This document shows, piece after piece, positions 10,424 through 19,841 of a stretch of DNA of 64,000 nucleotides. The position numbers were made by a program, and so were the translations under genes. The stretch comes from Gammaproteobacteria bacterium (GTDB lineage: Bacteria; Pseudomonadota; Gammaproteobacteria; UBA4575): contig CBDEUS010000002.1 of the NCBI GenBank assembly GCA_965243395.1, positions 32,001 through 96,000 of the forward strand, given 5' to 3'. The notes below the pieces were generated by a model. It saw only the letters and a list, made by a program, of their open reading frames with translations, was not told the origin of the DNA and made no database searches. Each line of letters starts with the position of its first letter. The stretch's first letter is position 1.

Positions 10424-10840
10424 ATGGAATTATTAGCCGACATTAAAGTAAAACTTGAGCCTGGAGTAGAAATTACTCCCGAGAACAAGTGCGGATTTTG
10501 TACAAATTCGTATTGCTGTAGCTATGTAACTGAAGAATTAGAAACACCAAAGAAAAAAGAAGACTATGAGCACATGCTATGGCAAGTGTCGCATGAGAAT
10601 GTTTCGGTTTATAAAGATGATGAAGGCTGGTGGGTATCTTTTGCAGCTAAGTGTAGCCATTTGCAGCCCGATGGAGGTTGCGGTATCTATGATGTGCGCC
10701 CACAAATCTGCCGTGACCATTCTAACGATTATTGTGAATTTGACTCACCGGCAGAAGATGACTTCGACCTATACTTCCCTGACTATGAATCCTTACTGAA
10801 GTATTGCAAAAAACGTTTCAAACGCTGGAAAAGAGGGTAA
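10424..10840 (+). CDS. YkgJ-family cysteine-cluster (Zn/Fe-chelating) protein
   Basis: CGFC...CC, C.HL..DGGCGIYDVRPQICR. Confidence 0.88.
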   Translation: MELLADIKVKLEPGVEITPENKCGFCTNSYCCSYVTEELETPKKKEDYEHMLWQVSHENVSVYKDDEGWWVSFAAKCSHLQPDGGCGIYDVRPQICRDHSNDYCEFDSPAEDDFDLYFPDYESLLKYCKKRFKRWKRG

Positions 10841-10845
10841 GCACT

Positions 10846-11508
10846 TTATTCCGGCATAATCTCTGCAAAATCGGCTATAGCATTAAAATGCAAAGTATCT
10901 TGTATCGGCTTTGAACTATCTGGCTGTTTGATCGAGATTAGATGCTTTACTCCGTAAGATTCTGCTGCAGCCAAGACCGAAAGATTATCGTCTATGAAAA
11001 GAGTCGTCTGTGGATCAAATGGTTCAGCCTCCATCAGTTTATGCCAAAATTCCTGTTCTTCTTTGGCGTAGCCATAATCATGTGAGGAAATTATTTTTCC
11101 AAAGTGCCTTTCGAGCTCAAGATGATCCATTTTGACTGCAATACTTTTACGGTGTGCATTTGTTACTAAAGCAATATTTTTATTATGGTGGCTGAGCTTT
11201 TTCAGGAACTTTTCAACATTCGGGAAGATCTGAATGTGTTTAGCCACCTCACGCTTTAATGCTGCAATATCTAAATCAAGCTCATTGCTCCAGTAGTCAA
11301 CACAATACCAGTCTAATGAACCAGACTTACTCCTGTAATGCGCCAGTAACTTCTGCTTGGCAACATCCAATTCTATTGCATGTTTTTGACTGAATCGCAG
11401 CGGTACATGCTCATGCCAAAAATAGTTATCAAAATACAAATCTAACAATGTACCATCCATATCTAAAAATACTGTGGTAATCGTTTTCCAGTCCATTGGT
11501 ATTTGCAT
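10846..11508 (-). CDS. yrfG: HAD-family GMP/IMP nucleotidase
   Basis: LDMDGTLLDLYFDNYFW, VTNAH, SSHDYGYAKE, FIDD. Confidence 0.93.
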   Translation of the reverse strand: MQIPMDWKTITTVFLDMDGTLLDLYFDNYFWHEHVPLRFSQKHAIELDVAKQKLLAHYRSKSGSLDWYCVDYWSNELDLDIAALKREVAKHIQIFPNVEKFLKKLSHHNKNIALVTNAHRKSIAVKMDHLELERHFGKIISSHDYGYAKEEQEFWHKLMEAEPFDPQTTLFIDDNLSVLAAAESYGVKHLISIKQPDSSKPIQDTLHFNAIADFAEIMPE

Positions 11509-11538
11509 TAAATATCAGATGCTTGATAATTACATAAC

Positions 11539-12366
11539 ATGGAAATGAATGATAAACGGCTCAAGGAATTGGTCAATCCTGTTTGTGAAATTGCAAAACA
11601 GGCTGGTGCAGAGATCATGAAAATTTATTCTGAAGGATTTGAAATTCAGGAAAAAAATGATCATTCACCGCTCACAACAGCAGACCTCGCATCACATACT
11701 CTAATTATTAACAAGCTAACAGACCTCACACCCGAAATTCCAATTTTATCTGAGGAATCTGCTTCAATTTCTTTTGATGAACGCTCTAGTTGGGAGTCGT
11801 ATTGGCTGATTGACCCATTAGACGGAACACGTGAATTTATAAAACGTAATGGTGAATTTACGGTAAATATCGCTTTAGTTACTGAACATAACTCAAGCCT
11901 TGGAGTTGTTCATATCCCCGTGCAAGATATCACGTATTTTGCATCCAGGAATCACGGCGCATGCAAGCAAGTTGGAAATGGTGCTGCCGAAAAAATAACA
12001 GTTCGTAATTCAACGCCTGATAGTAAACCCACCATCTGTGGGAGCCGTTCTCATGCTGGAAAATCTTTACAAGCCTTACAAAATGAAATTGGTGAATTCG
12101 AACTTATTAGCATGGGCAGCTCAATAAAAATGTGTTTAGTTGCTGAAGGTGTTGCGGATATTTACCCGCGTTTTGGGCCGACATCAGAATGGGATACGGC
12201 TGCTGCACACTGTGTTGTAAATGAGGCCGGGGGCAAAATTGTGAATACTGATCTAGAAACTTTACCTTACAATACTAAAGATTCTTTACTTAACCCTTCG
12301 TTTATTGCAATTGGCGATATGAATCAACAATGGCGAGATTTTTTAACTAACCACCTAAACAACTAA
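11539..12366 (+). CDS. cysQ: 3'(2'),5'-bisphosphate nucleotidase
   Basis: SPLTTAD, ILSEE, WLIDPLDGTREF, GSSIKMCLVAEG.AD.YPR.GPTSEWDTAAAH. Confidence 0.96.
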   Translation: MEMNDKRLKELVNPVCEIAKQAGAEIMKIYSEGFEIQEKNDHSPLTTADLASHTLIINKLTDLTPEIPILSEESASISFDERSSWESYWLIDPLDGTREFIKRNGEFTVNIALVTEHNSSLGVVHIPVQDITYFASRNHGACKQVGNGAAEKITVRNSTPDSKPTICGSRSHAGKSLQALQNEIGEFELISMGSSIKMCLVAEGVADIYPRFGPTSEWDTAAAHCVVNEAGGKIVNTDLETLPYNTKDSLLNPSFIAIGDMNQQWRDFLTNHLNN

Positions 12367-12782
12367 AAAGCTGGTAAATCTCCGTCCAGAAACCAAGTTT
12401 CGGCCTCTTCTACGTACCACCAACTTTGTGTATCACGTAGCGTCTTCACTGCATTAGTAGTTTCAAAATAGTATGAAACTTCAGCTTCCACTATAGCCGT
12501 TTTTAGCTCTTCGCCCATAGCTACTCTCTTAATTTCATAATCCGTAACACGTATATCTTTATAGTCGTCAAGATTAACTTCTACTTCAGATTCATCCTGT
12601 CGACGGATCATATTCACAGCACCTTCATATTCCCGCCAACGTAGTAATCGTCCATATAGTTTGGATCGTTCATCAAAAGAATTAAGCGTTTTGTTTTTTT
12701 GTGTCGAAGCGCAGCCTTCTATAGATAAAACTGAAACAAATAAGATACTAATTGCGAATAAAATTAAATTGGTTTTCATCAC
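12363..12782 (-). CDS. Putative lipoprotein (NTF2-like fold possible)
   Basis: Hydrophobic signal followed by lipobox-like IEGC. Confidence 0.7.
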   Translation of the reverse strand: MMKTNLILFAISILFVSVLSIEGCASTQKNKTLNSFDERSKLYGRLLRWREYEGAVNMIRRQDESEVEVNLDDYKDIRVTDYEIKRVAMGEELKTAIVEAEVSYYFETTNAVKTLRDTQSWWYVEEAETWFLDGDLPAF

Positions 12783-12796
12783 TAATCAGAGCCTTC

Positions 12797-13816
12797 TTAA
12801 CCCCAACCTTGTAAGACAATTTTGCCAATAGTATGGCGACCTTCAATTTCTGCATGTGCAGATTTTAAATTCGTTGCGTTGATCGGCTCTAGCACTTTAT
12901 TAGAAGTAGTTTTAATTGCCCCAGAATCAACTAATTCAGCAACACGGTTTAATAAATTATGTTGTTCAATCATATCCTCTGTTTCATACATGGAACGCGT
13001 AAACATAAACTCCCAAGCAAAGGTTGCACTTTTACTTTTGAGCGCACCTAAATCAACATTACCCGCAGTTTCTACTATTGAACATATTTTACCTTGCGGT
13101 TTTATTACTGTGGCCATAGATTGCCAATGCTCGTCTGTGTCATTAAAACATAAGATATAGTCGTATCCATCGATACCAATTTCTTGTACCTGCTCCGATA
13201 TATCCAGGTAATGATTAATAATATGATCCACGCCTAATTCTTTACACCATTTTTTTGACTCAGGTCGTGAAGCTGTAACCGTAATAGAAAGCTTGGTGAG
13301 TTGTTTAGCAAATTGCGTGGCCATAGAACCAACACCACCTGCTCCACCTATAATCAGTAATTCTTTGCCAGCTTCTTCATCCCCCTGAATAATTCCTAGA
13401 CGATCAAACATCGACTCCCATGCCGTAATACTCGTTAAAGGCATTGCCGCAGCTTGCGTAAAGTCTAATGATTTGGGTTTATTGCCAACAATTCGCTCAT
13501 CGACAATATGAAATTCACTATTACAACCCGGTTGCACAAAACTACCAGCATAAAAAACTTCGTCACCCACTTTAAACAAAGTTGCCTCTGGCCCAACAGC
13601 GGCTACCACCCCTGCTGCGTCCCAGCCTAAAATTCTTGGGCTTTCTTCCACTTTATCTTGAGGGGCACGCATCTTAGTATCCACAGGATTGACCGCAACC
13701 GCTCGCACCTCCACCAATAATTCACGACCCTGTGGACTTGGTTTTTCAATCTCTACATCGACTAAAGAATCGGGGGCATCAATGGGAAGATATTTATATA
13801 AGCCAACTGCTTTCAA
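12797..13816 (-). CDS. MDR-superfamily zinc-type alcohol dehydrogenase-like / quinone oxidoreductase
   Basis: AVNPVDTKMR, ILGWDAAG, IIGGAGGVGS, WEFMFTRS; TTG start. Confidence 0.92.
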   Translation of the reverse strand: MKAVGLYKYLPIDAPDSLVDVEIEKPSPQGRELLVEVRAVAVNPVDTKMRAPQDKVEESPRILGWDAAGVVAAVGPEATLFKVGDEVFYAGSFVQPGCNSEFHIVDERIVGNKPKSLDFTQAAAMPLTSITAWESMFDRLGIIQGDEEAGKELLIIGGAGGVGSMATQFAKQLTKLSITVTASRPESKKWCKELGVDHIINHYLDISEQVQEIGIDGYDYILCFNDTDEHWQSMATVIKPQGKICSIVETAGNVDLGALKSKSATFAWEFMFTRSMYETEDMIEQHNLLNRVAELVDSGAIKTTSNKVLEPINATNLKSAHAEIEGRHTIGKIVLQGWG

Positions 13817-14099
13817 GATCGGTCTCCATACAAGTTTTATTAATGAATTATTTGTTAATACATATTATTTCATAGTGAGGACATGGATGTCCGAATATGA
13901 GTTAAATCATGGGTTATTTGAACAAATTAAAGCCATGTGAACTATAAATGACCAATATGATGTCAATATTATATGGGCTCGTGAATATGATCGCTTCGAC
14001 CGCCATGGACGACGGGAGTGCAGAAATTACTAAAAAATATTCTGTCGGCGTAAAAAAGTTGCAACTTGGATGTTGCTGTAGGAGCAATATTCTACGATT

Positions 14100-14411
14100 T
14101 TAAAATTTATCTAATCTAAATACCTGTGCATCACTTAGATACATAACTATTGCATAATTCTCGAAATATTTGTCCTTTAGGTAAGCTGAAATTTGTTTAG
14201 CTAGCTCTATGTTGCATATTATTTCAACACGAATATTACTTTCTGTTTCCCAACTTCCCATTCGTGAGCCACGACGGCCTTTACCGCGCGCATTAACTAT
14301 CGTGTAACCATTCACACCCAGTTTTTCAAAATCATCTACTAAAGAAGACTCGATAGTTGCTTCAGTTATAATTGTTAGAACTTTAATTTTGTGAATATTT
14401 TCAGTAGCCAT
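14100..14411 (-). CDS. P-II-like protein (SbtB-like)
   Basis: GVNGYTI...RGKG.RG, NIRVEIIC, C-terminal VFRLDKF; 5 bp downstream of the SbtA-like gene. Confidence 0.85.
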   Translation of the reverse strand: MATENIHKIKVLTIITEATIESSLVDDFEKLGVNGYTIVNARGKGRRGSRMGSWETESNIRVEIICNIELAKQISAYLKDKYFENYAIVMYLSDAQVFRLDKF

Positions 14412-14416
14412 AAATT

Positions 14417-15358
14417 TTATCCCGTAGTGACACTATACAAAAACTCGGCTAATGATAAATAAATTGGAATTCCTAAAATTACATTAAACGAAAATGTAAT
14501 TCCAAGTGACGCAGTAAGCGAGAGTGTGGGATTTGCTTCAGGAACAGAAATACGCATCGCGGCAGGAACTGCAATGTATGACGCGCTTGCTGCTAAAGTC
14601 GCTAACATGCCAATGCCGCCGATTGATAATCCTAAAAGTAAACCGATAAATCCTCCAATGACTGCAGATAATAATGGCATTAGGATTCCGAAAATAGCCA
14701 AAAATAAACCGTGATCTTTCAGGGTGCCTACTTGCATGGCTGCAATTAGTCCCATTTCAAGCAAAAAGATTGCAAGCACTCCTTTGAATAAATCAAAAAA
14801 TAGTGGTTGTATTGATGATATTCCATCTGGCCCTGCTATCCACCCAATAAATAAACCACCTACTAACAATATAATTCCTTTACCGAGGAAAACTTCATGA
14901 AATACAAATGACCACTGCGTATCTCTAGAGATTCCTTTTGCAAGAATAATTCCAACCAAAATTGCGGGAATTTCCAGAAGAACTAAAAGTAGAGGCATGT
15001 ACTCTTCGTAGAAAATATTTCTAGTTCCATAATAAGCTACAGCGACAGCAAATGTACCAACACTAACAGACCCATAGTGAGCGGCTATAGATGCTGCATC
15101 TGCCTTTTTAAATCTTCCTAAATAACGCAAAATTGGGAATGCAACCAATGTCAAAATTGCTCCCATTAAAATCACGGCCAACATATCCGGAATAAGGCTA
15201 ATGAGAGATTGTTTTGCCAGCTCAACTCCGCCCTTTAATCCAATCGAGATAAGAAGCAGAAAACTAATAAACTCATAAATCTGAGTAGGCAATCGCAACG
15301 TAGAACGAAAGATACCAGCTAAAAATCCCAATAAAAAAAATAAGATAATGGGGTCGAT
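14417..15358 (-). CDS. sbtA: Sodium-dependent bicarbonate transporter family permease (SbtA-like)
   Basis: IGLKGG, AAHYGSVSVGTF, FLLEMG, ASASYIAVPAAMR, SLGITFSFN; frame extends upstream of TTG 15331 to DPIILFFLLG behind an AAAGGA SD (start uncertain, see findings). Confidence 0.88.
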   Translation of the reverse strand: MDPIILFFLLGFLAGIFRSTLRLPTQIYEFISFLLLISIGLKGGVELAKQSLISLIPDMLAVILMGAILTLVAFPILRYLGRFKKADAASIAAHYGSVSVGTFAVAVAYYGTRNIFYEEYMPLLLVLLEIPAILVGIILAKGISRDTQWSFVFHEVFLGKGIILLVGGLFIGWIAGPDGISSIQPLFFDLFKGVLAIFLLEMGLIAAMQVGTLKDHGLFLAIFGILMPLLSAVIGGFIGLLLGLSIGGIGMLATLAASASYIAVPAAMRISVPEANPTLSLTASLGITFSFNVILGIPIYLSLAEFLYSVTTG

Positions 15359-15628
15359 GTTATTTCCTTTAATTTTTTCTATTCAATGCGTACTCAAGAC
15401 TTAAGCTACTAAATACTTCTTGAAACCCAACGATATCAGGCTACGCGTTCTTCAATATATGCATGGACCAAGTAATTTTTTGTTCATGCTCATCCGGAGT
15501 AAAAGCGGGTTGTTCGTAATAACGAACGCCTGGACGCACTAGATGTAGAAAATTAAATTAAGCAACACGAAAATTCATTTATCTATTTCGTGCACATTTG
15601 AAAAACAGTTTATTAAAACTGTACTTAA

Positions 15629-15910
15629 TTAATGCGTATGTACAACCTCGCCTTTTCGATGCAAATAAATTGCACAAGCTACGCGTAAAAAGGAAGTAAA
15701 ATTTTGTACGTCTTTATGCGTGTCTAAAATCTCATCGTACAGTACATTGATAAATTGAGGCACGCTTTGGCTTTCTTCCTCTGCCATTTGGTCAAGTATT
15801 TCCCAGAATTCATTTTCTAATCGAATACTGGTTACACAGCCTTGAATGCGAATGGATCGACAATCACTATCGTAGCGATCCGGAGGTGTACCGGTATATA
15901 TATTACACAT
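15629..15910 (-). CDS. Ribbon-helix-helix (RHH_4-like) regulator
   Basis: RSIRIQGCVTSIRLENEFWEILDQMA...NFTSFLRVAC; divergent from the glyoxalase/GMC operon. Confidence 0.85.
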   Translation of the reverse strand: MCNIYTGTPPDRYDSDCRSIRIQGCVTSIRLENEFWEILDQMAEEESQSVPQFINVLYDEILDTHKDVQNFTSFLRVACAIYLHRKGEVVHTH

Positions 15911-16068
15911 AGGACTGAACCTTAATTAAATTATGGTTTTAATTATTGTTATATATTTTTTAGTACTCTTATTTATAGTGCAACTAATATATATGTACAA
16001 GTAGTATTCCTTTACTACCTGAATATTCGTTAGGTTTTTATACTTAATTTATAAACAAGAGGATAAAA

Positions 16069-16464
16069 ATGGCAAAAGTAATTCATTCAATGATACGAGT
16101 GCTCGATGTAGATCGCTCTAAAGAATTTTATGAAAAAGCATTTGGACTTAAAGAAAAACGCTATTTGGATTTCGATGATTTTGCTCTGGTGTATCTAGGT
16201 AATGATGAAAACGATTTTGAAATCGAACTGACTCTAAATAAGGGTCAAAAAGATGCTTACACTCATGGCAATGGCTATGGACATATAGCGGTGTGTGTAG
16301 ATGACTTAGATTCAGAGCATGCACGTATAAAATCCTTGGGTTATGCGCCACAGGATGTGGTGGAATTTAGCCCTGGCGGTGAATTACTAGCAAAGTTTTT
16401 CTTCATTAAAGATCCGGACGGATACGAAATTGAAGTTTTACAGAGGCACGGAGCCTATACATAA
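16069..16464 (+). CDS. VOC / lactoylglutathione lyase (glyoxalase I) family protein
   Basis: HSMIRV.D, ELTLN, YTHGNGYGHIAV, DPDGYEIEV; AGGA SD. Confidence 0.9.
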   Translation: MAKVIHSMIRVLDVDRSKEFYEKAFGLKEKRYLDFDDFALVYLGNDENDFEIELTLNKGQKDAYTHGNGYGHIAVCVDDLDSEHARIKSLGYAPQDVVEFSPGGELLAKFFFIKDPDGYEIEVLQRHGAYT

Positions 16465-16536
16465 AAAGGAAATCTATAAATAAATTTATCGCCTCACAAA
16501 AATAATAATAATTGAGGCTTAGCGGAGGAGGTATCT

Positions 16537-17103
16537 ATGTTAGACCTTGATCTAACGCGTCGTGAGTTTTTACAAACTAGCGGCACAGTCCTTATGGGGA
16601 CGATTGCAACTGGCTCAGGTATTTTAAGCATGTTGGCACCCAGCCAAACATGGGCCTTAGAGCTTACAAAACTAGATAAATCTACAGGACATGCGCTGTT
16701 ACTGGCCACGCGGCAAATTCTTCCGCATGACACTCTCGATGATGCTGTCTATGCACTTGTTGTGAAGGATTTAGATGCTGCTGCGGCAGGCGATGATGCA
16801 GTAGCAAAATTACTCACAGATGGCGTTGCTCAGTTAAACGCAGATGCAGGGGGTGATTGGTCTGGAGCAAATGGGGACAAACAATCCGCTGTAATTGAAA
16901 AAATGGCCGGCAATGATTTCTTTGAAAAAATTCGCGGTACAGCCATTGTTTCGCTTTATAACAATGAAATGGCCTGGGCACATTTTGGCTATGAAGGGGA
17001 TGCGTGGAAACATGGTGGTTATTTAACTCGTGGTTTCGATGATTTGAATTGGCTGCCTGATCCACCCGCGGATGCAAGTCCACCGGCTTATGCTGCTGAA
17101 TAA
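16537..17103 (+). CDS. Tat-exported small subunit, gluconate 2-dehydrogenase subunit 3-like
   Basis: TRREFL twin-arginine motif, C-terminal LY....W..FGYEG...GGY; GGAGG SD; directly upstream of the GMC flavoprotein. Confidence 0.8.
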   Translation: MLDLDLTRREFLQTSGTVLMGTIATGSGILSMLAPSQTWALELTKLDKSTGHALLLATRQILPHDTLDDAVYALVVKDLDAAAAGDDAVAKLLTDGVAQLNADAGGDWSGANGDKQSAVIEKMAGNDFFEKIRGTAIVSLYNNEMAWAHFGYEGDAWKHGGYLTRGFDDLNWLPDPPADASPPAYAAE

Positions 17104-17114
17104 GGAGAATTACA

Positions 17115-18683
17115 ATGGCTAAATATGATTTAAATGATAACGGCGTAGTAGTTGTAATCGGGTCCGGTGCAGGCGGAGGAACACTTGCAAATGAGTTATG
17201 CCAAAAAGGCATCCAAGTAGTTTTACTTGAGGCAGGTAAACGTGAAAACAATGAGAGTTTTGTTAATGATGAGTGGTCATCATTCGGACAAATTTCGTGG
17301 CTCGATTCACGCAGCTCTTCTGGCACTTGGAGAGTAGGCAAAGACTTTAACGGCTTACCAGCATGGATTTGTAAAACGGTCGGCGGTTCAACTACACACT
17401 GGGCAGGTGCAAGCTTACGATTTCAAGAGCACGAATTTAGAGTAAAAACTGAATACGGTGATATAGACGGTGCCAATATGCTCGATTGGCCTATTACTCT
17501 AAAAGATCTTGAACCTTACTACGCAAAAGCCGAAGACAAAATGGGCGTTACGCGAACGAATGATGTCCCGGGCTTACCTGGTAATAATAATTTCAAAGTG
17601 ATGTATGCCGGTGCAAAAAAACTGGGTTACAAGCACTGCCATACCGGGCGCATGGCAATTAACAGTAAGCCACGTGATGGGCGTGGAGCATGCTTGCAAT
17701 TAGGTTTTTGTTTCCAAGGTTGTAAAACCGGGGCTAAATGGTCCACCTTAGTTGCAGAAATTCCTAAAGCTGAAAAAACTGGAAAATTAGATTTACGCCC
17801 TGAATCACATGTCTTAAAAATAGAACAAGACAAATCAGGAAAAGTAACCGGTGTTGTGTATGCGGATGCCGATGGTAATCAGCACATGCAAAAAGCGCGT
17901 GCGGTTTGTGTTGCAGGAAACTCCATTGAAACACCGCGCTTATTATTAAATTCTGAGAATAGTCATAGTCCAGATGGCCTCGCAAATTCATCCGGCCAAG
18001 TGGGTAAAAACTACATGCGTCATATGACGGGTTCCGTGTATGCAGCATTTGAAAAACCTGTACATATGTGGCGTGGTACTACCATGGCAGGAATCATCAC
18101 CGACGAATCCATCAATGATCCAAAACGAGGTTTTGTGGGAGGCTATGAGATGGAGACCTTATCCATAGGCCTACCCTTTATGGCAGCATTTTTGGACCCC
18201 GGCGCATGGGGCCGGGACTTTACCAGAAAGATGGATACTTATAGTCATATGGCAGGTATGTGGCTAGTAGGAGAAGATTTACCGCAAGAAACCAATGCCG
18301 TAACTTTACATTCAGAAAATAAAGATCAGCATGGTATGCCCACACCGAATGTGCATTTTGATGATCATGAAAATGACATTGCAATGCGCAATCATGCTTA
18401 TAAGCAGGGATCTGCGATATATGATGCGGCCGGCGCTAAAGAAAACTATTTAGTTCCACCGTATCCTTCTACACATAACCTTGGTACTTGTCGTATGAGT
18501 GCCGAAGCAAAAGATGGCGTGTGCAATGCGCATGGCCAAACTCATGACATTTCCAACTTATTCATATCAGACGGTAGTCAGTTCACAACAGGTGCAGCAG
18601 AAAATCCAACTCTCACTATTGTAACCTTGGCTATTCGTCAAGCAGATTACATTGCGAAACAATTAAGTGAAAAAGCAATCTAG
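17115..18683 (+). CDS. GMC-family flavoprotein oxidoreductase
   Basis: IGSGAGGG FAD motif, VGGSTTHWAG, Cys motif CLQLGFCFQGC, HNLGTCRM, ENPTLTI. Confidence 0.93.
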   Translation: MAKYDLNDNGVVVVIGSGAGGGTLANELCQKGIQVVLLEAGKRENNESFVNDEWSSFGQISWLDSRSSSGTWRVGKDFNGLPAWICKTVGGSTTHWAGASLRFQEHEFRVKTEYGDIDGANMLDWPITLKDLEPYYAKAEDKMGVTRTNDVPGLPGNNNFKVMYAGAKKLGYKHCHTGRMAINSKPRDGRGACLQLGFCFQGCKTGAKWSTLVAEIPKAEKTGKLDLRPESHVLKIEQDKSGKVTGVVYADADGNQHMQKARAVCVAGNSIETPRLLLNSENSHSPDGLANSSGQVGKNYMRHMTGSVYAAFEKPVHMWRGTTMAGIITDESINDPKRGFVGGYEMETLSIGLPFMAAFLDPGAWGRDFTRKMDTYSHMAGMWLVGEDLPQETNAVTLHSENKDQHGMPTPNVHFDDHENDIAMRNHAYKQGSAIYDAAGAKENYLVPPYPSTHNLGTCRMSAEAKDGVCNAHGQTHDISNLFISDGSQFTTGAAENPTLTIVTLAIRQADYIAKQLSEKAI

Positions 18684-18700
18684 TTAATCTGTTTTCATAA

Positions 18701-18736
18701 GTATAAAAAAGCCTCTACTCAGAGGCTTTTTTATAC
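18701..18736 (+). terminator. Intrinsic terminator after the GMC operon
   Basis: GTATAAAAAAGCCTCT-ACTC-AGAGGCTTTTTTATAC perfect hairpin with U-tract. Confidence 0.88.
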
Positions 18737-19259
18737 CTTGTTAATAAATTTTATTAATAGAAAATATAAGATTTACGTGAATACCTGCAGTTTCAATCAT
18801 TAATGTTAATAGCTGAACAATAAACAAACTAAATACTGCTAAGACATCGAAAAGATATCACTTAAAAATTAGTGTTATTCGATATCCGAGAGTTAATGCT
18901 TTTAAATCAAGAGATTATTGACTATTTATGTCATAAATAAATATTTTCAGCTTCATAAATAGATATGAATTCGCTTATGAAGAACATTTAAAACTATTAT
19001 CAAGAGGCATCTACTTATCATGCATAATAAATATGTGTTATCGGTCTATGCCCTTCTTAAAATAATTTTATTCAAGAACACCGTATTGCCGATAAGTTTT
19101 TTAAACCCAAGATATAAGTAGATTGGCGGTTTAAACACAATAAGAAAATCGATAGATTAGAAGTGCAGATAAACTGCACCACTTAAATTATAAAAGCAAA
19201 AAACGATTAGCATACGCCACGTAAGTTAATTGGGACGTGCTATAGACGAGGGGTTATCA

Positions 19260-19799
19260 ATGAAAGCTAATTATTATCTTTCTCCTACTTTAAAAAGTAC
19301 GCATCAAATTTCAGATGATTTACATGAGGTTGGTATAAATGATTGGTTTATACATGTCATCAGTAAAGATGAATCTGGACTCAATAAAGAACATGTACAT
19401 TCTAGTAATTACTTAGAAACACTAGATGTTCTTCGTAATGGTGGTATTGGAGGTTTGATTGGTTTCATCATTGGTGTATTCGCGGCAGGCGCACTTATGT
19501 TTTTTAAACCCTTTGGACCTAATATGCCTGAATACGTGTACCTGATTGTGATTGTATTATTTACTTTATTTGGGATTTGGGAAGGCGGTTTAGCCGGTGT
19601 AGCGTGTGAGAATAAAAAACTCGCTAAGTTTCATGATGAATTAGAAGAAGGGAAATATTTAATCCTTATCTATACTGGTAAAAACCAGGAGGATGTAGTT
19701 AACGAAATGATGGTTCGCAAACATCCTGAAGCGCAATTAGTTGCAACGGATACTCAGTACTTCAACCCCTTCAGCCAGTTAAAAAGATTAGAAAGCTAA
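19260..19799 (+). CDS. Two-TM membrane protein (DUF1269-like), first gene of the oxidase cluster
   Basis: GAGG SD before ATG 19260; Gly-rich hydrophobic hairpin GGIGGLIG...GIWEGGLAG. Confidence 0.7.
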   Translation: MKANYYLSPTLKSTHQISDDLHEVGINDWFIHVISKDESGLNKEHVHSSNYLETLDVLRNGGIGGLIGFIIGVFAAGALMFFKPFGPNMPEYVYLIVIVLFTLFGIWEGGLAGVACENKKLAKFHDELEEGKYLILIYTGKNQEDVVNEMMVRKHPEAQLVATDTQYFNPFSQLKRLES

Positions 19800-19841
19800 T
19801 CTGAATAAATTTTAGAATACTTATTAATAAAAGATACTGCA

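Noticed and set aside
18740-19250. FNR box or small RNA upstream of the oxidase cluster
   Set aside because: Only TTGAC-N7-GTCAT (wrong spacing for FNR) and a 6-bp GTGCAG/CTGCAC hairpin; not distinguishable from chance in AT-rich DNA
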